Origin: Desulfobulbus propionicus DSM 2032
GTDB taxonomy: Bacteria > Desulfobacterota > Desulfobulbia > Desulfobulbales > Desulfobulbaceae
Reading direction: 5' to 3'
Length of the DNA stretch: 32,000 nt
NCBI RefSeq assembly: GCF_000186885.1
Contig: NC_014972.1
Location: forward strand, 1,260,001 to 1,292,000
The translations under genes and the position numbers were made by a program. Below, in pieces: positions 8,968 through 16,891 of this stretch; the first letter of the stretch is position 1, and each line of letters opens with the position of its first letter. The notes under the pieces were generated by a model that made no database searches, had not been told where the DNA came from, and worked only from the letters and a program-made list of their open reading frames with translations.

Positions 8968-10395
8968 ATGGGCAACAATCGAGCGCTGATCAATGACAAG
9001 TTGGCAAGTCTGCAATACAATCCGAAGACCGTCATGGTGTTCAACGGCACGAGCATCAGCAACATCGACCTGCCGGCCGAGGAACGGTTCGACGATTCCA
9101 CGTATATTGTGATGACCCGGGAAAAGTGCAGCTACGAGGCCGATTTCGACATTGCCGTGCCCAGTGCTTACGAAGATGTGACCTATCCCGGAGCGCTGCT
9201 GGTCGCCAGCAACGACCTGTTGGACGGCAAGCCGCAGGAGCTGGCGGTTGACAAGGACCGCGTCAATATCACTGTCGATCTGCCGGGCGCGACGGACATT
9301 TCCTTCAAGGTCGTGCCGACGTTTGCCAATGTGCGGGCCGGGATCAACGATATCCTGTCCAAGTGGTTTGATAGCCATGGCGGGGAGTGGAGCCTGCCGG
9401 CGAACTTCCAGTACAGCAGCAGCCTGGTGTATGACGAAAACGAATTGATGTTGAAGTTCGGATGCGACATCTCCTACCTGAAACAGAAGTTGAGCATCGA
9501 CTTTTCCAGCACCCGGGCCGAGAAAAAGTCGGTCTATCTCATCCGCTTCAAGCAGATTTTTTATAGCGTGTCGGCTGAACGACCGGCCAAGCCGGCCGAC
9601 ATCTTCGCCGAATCAACCACCTGGGAAGATCTGGCGCGCGCAGGCATCAGCGAGGAACACCCCCCCTTGTTCGTGAAGAATGTGCAGTACGGCCGGCAGA
9701 TTTTCCTCAAATTCGAGTCCAAGCTGTCGTCGACCGAACTGGAGACGACCATCAAGGGCACCTGCTCGAAGGACGGGCTCAAGATCGACGCCAATGCCTC
9801 CGCCGCCCTCAAGGAAAAGCTCAGCCAGATCGACGTCAGCATCGTCGTCCACGGCGGCTCGGAAGCCGTCTACAACGGCCTCAGCTTGAACAGCATGGAC
9901 GATGTGCAGAAAATCAACCGGATCATCTGGGACAACACCCTGTTGTCACGGACCAATACGGCCGCGCCCCTGAACTACTACACTGTCTTTCTCAAGGACG
10001 GCGTTTCCGCCGGCGTTCATGGCACGACCGAGTATGTCGCCGAAAAGACCGAACGCTACAGCGGCGGCGAGATTCGTCTTGAGCACAGCGGTTGGTACGT
10101 TGCCCGTTTCACGGTGACCTGGGATGAAATCAGCTACGAGAACGGCCTGAAGGTGATCCGCCACAAAGGCTGGGAAGGCAACGGCAAGGATCGCACCGCC
10201 CCCTTTTCGACGACCATCCCGCTGCGCGGCAACGCGCGCAACATCAGTATCAAGACCGAAGGGTGCACCGGGCTCGCGTGGGAATGGTGGCGGACTTCGG
10301 GCTACAAGGTCGGCCGCGCCCTGGTGCCGCTGCGCACGGTGTCCATCGGCGGCACCACCTTGCATCAGACCTTCAGCATGACGCCCGCGGACTGA
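8968..10395 (+). CDS. Cholesterol-dependent cytolysin (thiol-activated cytolysin family), no signal peptide
   Basis: 475 aa with GGAGGAG SD 8 nt upstream of ATG. C-terminal GCTGLAWEWWR (canonical undecapeptide ECTGLAWEWWR), C-terminal GTTLH with the Thr-Leu pair, internal VQYGRQIFLKFES and YNGLSLNSMDDV blocks typical of CDC domains, N-terminus MGNNRALINDKLASLQYNPKTVMVFNG lacks a hydrophobic leader. Confidence 0.97.
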   Translation: MGNNRALINDKLASLQYNPKTVMVFNGTSISNIDLPAEERFDDSTYIVMTREKCSYEADFDIAVPSAYEDVTYPGALLVASNDLLDGKPQELAVDKDRVNITVDLPGATDISFKVVPTFANVRAGINDILSKWFDSHGGEWSLPANFQYSSSLVYDENELMLKFGCDISYLKQKLSIDFSSTRAEKKSVYLIRFKQIFYSVSAERPAKPADIFAESTTWEDLARAGISEEHPPLFVKNVQYGRQIFLKFESKLSSTELETTIKGTCSKDGLKIDANASAALKEKLSQIDVSIVVHGGSEAVYNGLSLNSMDDVQKINRIIWDNTLLSRTNTAAPLNYYTVFLKDGVSAGVHGTTEYVAEKTERYSGGEIRLEHSGWYVARFTVTWDEISYENGLKVIRHKGWEGNGKDRTAPFSTTIPLRGNARNISIKTEGCTGLAWEWWRTSGYKVGRALVPLRTVSIGGTTLHQTFSMTPAD

Positions 10396-10430
10396 GCAGG
10401 GGAAAGGGGTGCGTCGCACATCCTGGGGGA

Positions 10431-11603
10431 TCAGGGCGGGGTGAGGGAAAATTCCTCGAACACGGCCTGGATGGGGATGGCGAAACCGATGCCCTGGGTG
10501 TTCTGGATGATCAGGGTGTTCACTCCGTGCACCCGGCCTTGCTCGTCGATCAGCGGGCCGCCGCTGTTGCCGGGATTGATCGGCGCGTCGGTCTGGAGCA
10601 TGATTTCGCCGCTCTCCTTGTGCTGACGGTAACCGGAGAAGATCCCGGCGGTGACTGTGTTGCGCAGTCCCACCGGATTGCCGATGGTGAACACCTTGTC
10701 CCCCTGGCGCAAGGGCTGGTTGTTGGCGGCAGGGGTGAGCACCACCGCCTTGGCGGTGTAGATCGACAGCAGGGCCAGGTCGCGTTTGGCGCTGACCTGA
10801 AAAGAGTTGGCGGTATATTCGCTGCCGTCGGCGAGGAAGATTTTAATGGCCGACGCCGAGCGCGGCTTTTCCATTTCCCGCAGGCGGGCTTCCGCCTCTT
10901 CCTGCGGGGGCAGGGCCAGGGCCAGCTGCCGTTCCTTTTCCGCGAGAATGATCACCAGCTGGCGGCGGGTCGGGCCTTCTTCCATGCGCCGCAAACGGTT
11001 GCGCAACTCACTGATGCTTTGCTGTTCCAGGTCGATCAGCTGCCGGCCGGTTCGTATGGTGCGGCGGATTTCCTCCAGCTGTTGCCGGTCCGGTTCGACC
11101 ACGTGTTTGTTAGTGACGATGCTGGTGCTGGTGAGGAAGAACCCCGAACCCTTGCCCCAGGGCGTTTCAATGGCCACCGTGCCGCGTTGGGCCGGTTCGA
11201 TGGGGCTGACGGCCATGACCGGAGCCGCGGCAGATGGGGGCGATTCCGGTAACTGCTCGTTTTCCGGCTGGCTGGATGGCGATGCGGGCACATGGTCGGC
11301 GGTGGGCAGGGACACCGGAGGAGCAGGGGGAGCGGGGGTGTTGGAACCTTTGCCGGCAACCAGGAAAGAGGTCAGAGCTGCGGTCACCGCCACCAGCAGC
11401 AACGCCACGCCAACGCGCGCCAGTGGGCCGGACCGACGCGTCGGAGGCTCGGTTGGCGCGGCCGTCAGCGTCTCCCGTTCCTTGGCCCGCTCCTGGGCCT
11501 GTTCATATTTGCGGAAGAGCAGACCGCAGGCCTCGCATTCCAGCGGGTTGGTCTGCTCATGACCGCATTTGGGGCAGCGAATCGTTTGTTCTGTGATGGC
11601 CAT
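10431..11603 (-). CDS. Membrane-anchored trypsin-like (DegP/S1C-like) serine protease with N-terminal zinc ribbon
   Basis: CPKCGHEQTNPLECEACG zinc ribbon; TM RVGVALLLVAVTAALTSFLVAG; triad context TNKHVV (His), KRDLALL (Asp), NPGNSGGPL (Ser); GIGFAIPI. Confidence 0.88.
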   Translation of the reverse strand: MAITEQTIRCPKCGHEQTNPLECEACGLLFRKYEQAQERAKERETLTAAPTEPPTRRSGPLARVGVALLLVAVTAALTSFLVAGKGSNTPAPPAPPVSLPTADHVPASPSSQPENEQLPESPPSAAAPVMAVSPIEPAQRGTVAIETPWGKGSGFFLTSTSIVTNKHVVEPDRQQLEEIRRTIRTGRQLIDLEQQSISELRNRLRRMEEGPTRRQLVIILAEKERQLALALPPQEEAEARLREMEKPRSASAIKIFLADGSEYTANSFQVSAKRDLALLSIYTAKAVVLTPAANNQPLRQGDKVFTIGNPVGLRNTVTAGIFSGYRQHKESGEIMLQTDAPINPGNSGGPLIDEQGRVHGVNTLIIQNTQGIGFAIPIQAVFEEFSLTPP

Positions 11604-11767
11604 TGGTTGCTCGGGTGTCGATTGGCGTCAGCTGCGGGGGAGATGGAGCGTGGCGTGCCATCCTGCTGGCCTGCTTGCCGGTCTGGAGATTTTTTCGGTG
11701 AAGCCCGAGGCGGCCAACGGGCAAGGCGGGGGGATGCTCCCTGGCCGTGCCCGTTGGCTGTTCTCGT

Positions 11768-12334
11768 CTATTTCTTGGGTGGGTTGACGTTGATCTCTTG
11801 CTTCATCTCCTGCTTTTCGACCAAGAGCAGCATGTAATCCTGATCGCCTTCGCTGGCGCAGAGGTAGATCCAGAATTCGGTGCCGTCTTTGGTCAGGGTC
11901 ATGGTGGTGTAGCGATCAAAGGAGCTGCCACTGGGGGACTCGCCCAGATACTTGACCGCCGTTTCCGGCAGGGAGGGATAGACCTCGCCGCTGTAATCCC
12001 CCAGTATCGTGCCACCATCCTTCTTGACCGCATTCTGGAAGTTGCGCACGATCTGCAGGGCGCTGACCTGGGTGGCTCCTTCCTTGAGCTGGTAGCTGAT
12101 GGCGTGGACCTTGCCCTCGATCGCTTGATAATTGTCGGGTGCGTCCCATTCCTTCAGTTCCGGTTTGGGGAAGGCCACGCTATCGAATTCCGTGGTCGCG
12201 CAGCCGTGAATCTCGAAGTTGTTCATGCGGGAAAAGAGCGGATGATCTTTGCAATTCTCCGCATCCGCCGCCCAGGCGGCGGTTCCGCACCACATCGCGG
12301 CCATCAGGGCAGCCGCACCAGCAAACCGTCTCAT
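11768..12334 (-). CDS. Secreted/periplasmic conserved protein of unknown function
   Basis: 188 aa from MRRFAGAAALMAAMWCGTAAWAADAENCKDHPLFSRMNNFEIHGCATTEFDSVAF; clear signal peptide. The CKDHP.F.RM....I..C start resembles N-terminal regions of some OmpA-type proteins. Confidence 0.7.
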   Translation of the reverse strand: MRRFAGAAALMAAMWCGTAAWAADAENCKDHPLFSRMNNFEIHGCATTEFDSVAFPKPELKEWDAPDNYQAIEGKVHAISYQLKEGATQVSALQIVRNFQNAVKKDGGTILGDYSGEVYPSLPETAVKYLGESPSGSSFDRYTTMTLTKDGTEFWIYLCASEGDQDYMLLLVEKQEMKQEINVNPPKK

Positions 12335-12457
12335 TTCGTCTCCTCCTTGGAAAAATGGTTGGCGTGATGTGCCAAAAACAGTGACGTTGGCCCGATTATA
12401 GCGGCATCGGCCGCTCCGGTTCAAGCCGTCAACAAACAATCGATACAATCCCTGTGG

Positions 12458-13762
12458 TTATTTGCCAAACAGGGCGAGACAGGCCAGCACCGAGCAGATC
12501 ACCCCGACCAGGTCGGCGGTCAGGGCCGCGGCCATGGCGTGACGGATGCGACGCACCTGGACCGCGCCGAAATAGACCGCGAGCACATAGAAGGTGGTTT
12601 CGGTCGAACCTTGGAGGGTGGAAACCAGCATGCCGGTGTAGCTGTCTGGACCGATGGCGGGGTCGTTGATCAGCGAGGCGAGCACCGCGTAGGCCCCGGA
12701 GCCGGAGAGCGGTCGCAGCAGGGCCATGGGCAGGGCCTCGGCCGGCAGCCCCAGGGGAGCGGTGAAGCGCCCGAGCAGGCTGACCAGCAGGTCGAGGGCG
12801 CCGCTGGATCGCAGCATGGCCACCGCCACCAGGATGACCACCATGTAGGGAATGATCCGCAACGCCACCTGGAAGCCCTCCCGGCCGCCTTCGACCATGG
12901 ATGCGTAGACCGGTACCCGGCGCAGGGCTCCGAAGGCGAGGAAAAAGACCATCAACCCGGGAATGATCCAGGGCGAAATCGCCTGACCGTAGAGCACGGT
13001 CGCCGGCACCAGGCCGAGCAGACAGGTCAGGGCGACACTGCTCACCCACAGGGGATAGGGCTGGCCCTGGTCCTCCAGGGGGGCTTCCTGTACGGCGTGG
13101 GAATCGGGGGCCGGTGTTCCGTTTGTCGTCCCTGCGGCGGCCAGGGGTGGGGGCGCGGCGGACCAGCGGCTGTAGAGCTTGGCCGCCAGGATAGCGACCG
13201 TGGTCGAGCCGATGGTCGCGCAGAGGGTGGTGGGCAGGATGGCGGCCGGATCGTGCGAGCCGGCGGCGGCGCGCAGGGCGATCACCCCGGTGGGCAAGAG
13301 GGTGACCGAGGAGGTGTTGATTGCCAGGAACAGGACCATGGCATTGGTGGCCGTGCCGGGCTGGCTGTTGAGTTTGTCCAGTTCCTGCATGGCGCGGATG
13401 CCAAAAGGGGTGGCCGCGTTGCCCAACCCCAGGGCATTGGCCGAGAGGTTGAGGATCATGGCGCCCATGGCCGGATGCTCGGGTGGCACGTCGGGAAAGA
13501 GGCGGATCATCAGCGGCCGGATCAGCCGGGCGATGATGCGCAGCATGCCGCCCGCCTCGGCCACCTTCATCAGCCCCATGAACAGGGTCATCACCCCCAC
13601 GAGACCAATGGCCAGGGTCACCGCGCCGGAGGCGGCGTCGATCATCGCCTTGGACAGCAGTTCCATGGGCGCGCTGGCGCCGCCCGCCGGTACCCAGACC
13701 AGCTGCCGCCAGCCGGCAAGGACAAAGGCCAGGCTGACCATGACCAGTACAATTCCGTTCAT
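12458..13762 (-). CDS. Nucleoside-recognition (Gate) domain membrane protein, SpmA-SpmB-like fusion
   Basis: 434 aa with two halves: GVMTLFMGLMKVAEAGGMLRIIARLIRPLMIRLFPDVPPEHPAMGAMILNLSANALGLGNAATPFGIRAMQEL (SpmA-like) and YMVVILVAVAMLRSSGALDLL...PLSGSGAYAVL...STETTFYVLAVYFGAV (SpmB-like). Confidence 0.88.
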   Translation of the reverse strand: MNGIVLVMVSLAFVLAGWRQLVWVPAGGASAPMELLSKAMIDAASGAVTLAIGLVGVMTLFMGLMKVAEAGGMLRIIARLIRPLMIRLFPDVPPEHPAMGAMILNLSANALGLGNAATPFGIRAMQELDKLNSQPGTATNAMVLFLAINTSSVTLLPTGVIALRAAAGSHDPAAILPTTLCATIGSTTVAILAAKLYSRWSAAPPPLAAAGTTNGTPAPDSHAVQEAPLEDQGQPYPLWVSSVALTCLLGLVPATVLYGQAISPWIIPGLMVFFLAFGALRRVPVYASMVEGGREGFQVALRIIPYMVVILVAVAMLRSSGALDLLVSLLGRFTAPLGLPAEALPMALLRPLSGSGAYAVLASLINDPAIGPDSYTGMLVSTLQGSTETTFYVLAVYFGAVQVRRIRHAMAAALTADLVGVICSVLACLALFGK

Positions 13763-13792
13763 CGCAATTTCCGTGTGGTCGGTGGGCGGGGA

Positions 13793-14677
13793 TCAATCGC
13801 GGTAGCGCTTGATCAGATCACCGTAGGCGTCGATGCGCCGGTCGCGCAGATAGGGCCAGATGCGGCGGATTTTCTCGCTGCGCTGCCGGTCGAGGTCGAC
13901 CACCAGCACCTGTTCGCGTTCAGTGTCGGCCACGGCCAGCAGCTCCCCCTGGCAGCCGGCGGCCAGGCTGTTGCCCCAGAAGTGGGCCCCGGCGCCGACA
14001 CCCGAGGGATCGGGTTCGAAACCAACCCGGTTGACGCTGAGCACCGGAATGCCGTTGGCAATGGCGTGACCGCGCTGGATGGTCATCCAGGCCTCGCGCT
14101 GACGGCTCTGTTCGTCCTGGGTGTCGTTTGGGTCATAGCCGATGGCCGTGGGATAGACGAGCAGTTCGGCTCCGGCCATGGCCATCAGTCGCGCCGCCTC
14201 CGGATACCACTGATCCCAGCAGATCAGCACCCCGAGCCGCCCGACCGAGGTGGGGATGGGGGTAAAGCCGAGATCGCCGGGGGTGAAGTAGAATTTTTCG
14301 TAATATCCGGGATCGTCCGGGATATGCATCTTGCGGTAACAGCCGGCAATGGAGCCGTCGGCCTCCAGGACCACGGCGGTGTTGTGATAGAGGCCCGGCG
14401 CCCGGCGTTCAAACAGCGAGGTGACGATCACCAGGCCCAGTTCCTTGGCCACGGCGCCGAAGAGTTCGGTGGACGGGCCGGGGATCGGTTCGGCCAGATC
14501 GAAACAGCCGGTGTCCTCGGTCTGACAGAAGTAGGGGGTGCCGTGCAGTTCCTGCAACACCGCCAGGTGGGCGCCCTGGGCGGCGGCCTCGCGCAAGCCA
14601 CGGATGCTTGTGTCGATATTCGCCTGGCGGTTGTCGGTGCAGCGCTGCTGGATCAGGCCGACGCGGAGGATGTTCAT
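13793..14677 (-). CDS. aguB: N-carbamoylputrescine amidase (carbon-nitrogen hydrolase)
   Basis: Nitrilase-type residues in LQELHGTPYFCQ, YRKMHIPDDPGYYEKFYFTPG, GVLICWDQWYPEAAR; adjacent to agmatine deiminase. Confidence 0.92.
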   Translation of the reverse strand: MNILRVGLIQQRCTDNRQANIDTSIRGLREAAAQGAHLAVLQELHGTPYFCQTEDTGCFDLAEPIPGPSTELFGAVAKELGLVIVTSLFERRAPGLYHNTAVVLEADGSIAGCYRKMHIPDDPGYYEKFYFTPGDLGFTPIPTSVGRLGVLICWDQWYPEAARLMAMAGAELLVYPTAIGYDPNDTQDEQSRQREAWMTIQRGHAIANGIPVLSVNRVGFEPDPSGVGAGAHFWGNSLAAGCQGELLAVADTEREQVLVVDLDRQRSEKIRRIWPYLRDRRIDAYGDLIKRYRD

Positions 14678-15699
14678 GGCAAGACTCCTTGGGGGATCTG
14701 CATGGTCACGCAGTGGAGCGAGCCGTGCTGGACGATGAGGGGGCGGCAGTCGATGGCGATAATTTCCCGGTCCGGAAACACGCCGGCCAGGATCTCCAGG
14801 GCCGCCGCATCCTGCGGATCGTGGTAGGTCGGCATCAGCACCGCGCCGTTGATGACGAGGAAGTTGGCGTAGGTGGCGGGCAGGCGTTGGCCGTCGGCGT
14901 CGAAGCAGGGGCGCGGCCAGGGCAGGGGAATGAGGCGATAGGGCACGCCGCTGGCGGTGCGGAAACCGCGCAGTTCGGCCTCCATGGCACAGAGGGCTTC
15001 ATAATGCTCGTCCGCCGGATTGTCGCAACGGACATAGACAATGGTGTCGTTCGGGCACAACCGGGCCAGGGTATCGATGTGCGAATCAGTGTCGTCGCCG
15101 GCCAAATAACCGTTGTCCAGCCAGAGGACGCGGGAGACGCCGAGGAGGTCTGCCAGAGCCCGCTCAATCCCCCCGCGGTCGAGATGGGGATTGCGGTTGG
15201 GGCTCTGCAAACAGGTGCTGGTGGTCAAGAGAGTGCCCGCGCCATCGCTCTCGATGCTGCCGCCTTCCAGGATCAGGCCGGGGATGCGCACGGGGCAGCG
15301 GCCAAAGCCCCCCAACCGGGTCAGCTTGCCGGTGATTTGGTTGTCGAGATCGGCGGCGAATTTCAGGCCCCAGGCGTTGAAGCCGAAGTCGAGCACCACC
15401 GGGGTGCCGTTTTCAAAAATGGTGATCGGCCCGAAATCCCGGGCCCAGGTATCGTTGGTGGCCATGGGATAGAGGCGGACCCGCTGCAGGTCGACGGAGT
15501 CTGCGTGCAGCCGCGCTCGCACCGGCTCGATCTCCGGGGCCACGATCAGCACCCGTTCAAAGCGGCTGATCGCTCGGACAATATTGACAAAGACCGCCTG
15601 CACGGCGGCCAGGTCATCGCGCCAGTCGGTCTCCTGGTGCGGCCAGGCAAGCAGCACGCCGTCTTGGGGTTCCCATTCGGCCGGTAATCGTTTGCGCAT
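14674..15699 (-). CDS. aguA: Agmatine deiminase (peptidyl-arginine deiminase family)
   Basis: RLPAEWEPQDGVLLAWPHQETDW, TNDTWARDFGPI, ILEGGSIESDG, HIDTLARL, HCVTMQIP; start at 15699 (MRKRLPAEWEP); overlaps aguB by 4 nt (ATGA). Confidence 0.93.
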   Translation of the reverse strand: MRKRLPAEWEPQDGVLLAWPHQETDWRDDLAAVQAVFVNIVRAISRFERVLIVAPEIEPVRARLHADSVDLQRVRLYPMATNDTWARDFGPITIFENGTPVVLDFGFNAWGLKFAADLDNQITGKLTRLGGFGRCPVRIPGLILEGGSIESDGAGTLLTTSTCLQSPNRNPHLDRGGIERALADLLGVSRVLWLDNGYLAGDDTDSHIDTLARLCPNDTIVYVRCDNPADEHYEALCAMEAELRGFRTASGVPYRLIPLPWPRPCFDADGQRLPATYANFLVINGAVLMPTYHDPQDAAALEILAGVFPDREIIAIDCRPLIVQHGSLHCVTMQIPQGVLP

Positions 15700-15946
15700 G
15701 TGTTCTCTCGGATGAAAAGGGACAAGGACGAGGCATCCTAGCCCATCCATGGGCGATTGTAAATACGCTCCCGTTCGGAGATCGCGCGTGCGGGCCGACG
15801 GAGGGGCGGACCGGACATTTTTCGGTTGACGCGTCTTGGGCCTGAAGTTAGGTTGACGGGGTAATGCCTGTCCTTTTCGGCGGTTATCTGTTGTGCCCTT
15901 TGTTCCCGCGTATCTTGCCCCGCATCCCTCGCACCCATGGAGCACC

Positions 15947-16882
15947 ATGAAAAAACAACTCCTTGAGCTGATTGTCTGTCCACGCTGTTTACCCCAGGAA
16001 CACCTTTTGGTGGCCGACATCATCCAGGAGCGCGACAACGACATCGAGACCGGTGCGCTCCAGTGCCCCCGCTGCCGTGCCCTCTATCCCATCACCGAGG
16101 GCGTGGCCCTGCTTGATCCGCACGCCACCGACAACCAGCGGGCGGCCAATAAATACGAGACTGACGAGGTGGTGTCGTCCTACCTGTGGAGCCATTTCAG
16201 CGACCTGCTGGGAGATGAGCAGGCCAGCCAGGCCTATGCCGCCTGGGCCGGGCTGATACATCCCCAGGGGGGCGTGGCCCTGGATGCCGGCGGCGCTGTC
16301 GGCCGGTTCACCTTCGAGATGAGCACCCGCTGCGATTTCGCCGTGGGCATCGACACCTCGCAGGCCTTTATCCGCGCCGCCCGCCAGCTGATGCGCGAGC
16401 GGTCCCTGGTGGTGGGGCTCAAGGACGAGGGGTTGCTGCGCCGCGAGGCGACCATCCGCCTGCCCGACGACTGGCGCAGCGATCGGGTGGAGTTCGTGGT
16501 GGCCAATGCCCTGGCCCTGCCGTTTCGCAAGAAATCGATCGGCCTGTTCTCCTCGCTCAACCTGGTGGACAAGGTGCCCTCGCCGCTGACGCATCTGCGG
16601 GAGATGAACCGGGTGACCCGCGATACCGGCGCCCAGTTTCTTCTCTCCGATCCTTTTTCCTGGTCCACCGAGGCGGCGCCGGTTACGGAGTGGCTGGGCG
16701 GCACGGCCGAGGGGCGGTTTGCCGGCAAGGGCCTGGTCAACGTGGCCCGGCTGCTGGCCGAGAGCAGGGAACTGGCGCCGTCCTGGCAGGTGCACGAGCC
16801 CGGCAGCGTGTGGTGGAAGATTCGCACCCACAGCAACCACTATGAATTGATCCGCAGTTGTTATGTCCATGCCAGCCGTTAG
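15947..16882 (+). CDS. SAM-dependent methyltransferase-like protein with N-terminal Trm112-like zinc ribbon
   Basis: MKKQLLELIVCPRC...LQCPRCRALYPITEGVALLDP (CX2C pair) followed by VALDAGGAVGRFTFEM...VGIDTSQAFIRAAR; start at 15947. Confidence 0.8.
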   Translation: MKKQLLELIVCPRCLPQEHLLVADIIQERDNDIETGALQCPRCRALYPITEGVALLDPHATDNQRAANKYETDEVVSSYLWSHFSDLLGDEQASQAYAAWAGLIHPQGGVALDAGGAVGRFTFEMSTRCDFAVGIDTSQAFIRAARQLMRERSLVVGLKDEGLLRREATIRLPDDWRSDRVEFVVANALALPFRKKSIGLFSSLNLVDKVPSPLTHLREMNRVTRDTGAQFLLSDPFSWSTEAAPVTEWLGGTAEGRFAGKGLVNVARLLAESRELAPSWQVHEPGSVWWKIRTHSNHYELIRSCYVHASR

Positions 16883-16891
16883 GAGGAAACG

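Noticed and set aside
12429-14827. Very long overlapping ORFs (455 aa minus at 12429-13796, 762 aa plus at 12539-14827)
   Set aside because: Low-complexity G/R/P/H-rich translations that are shadows of the convincingly coding SpmA-SpmB fusion and aguB genes in high-GC DNA.
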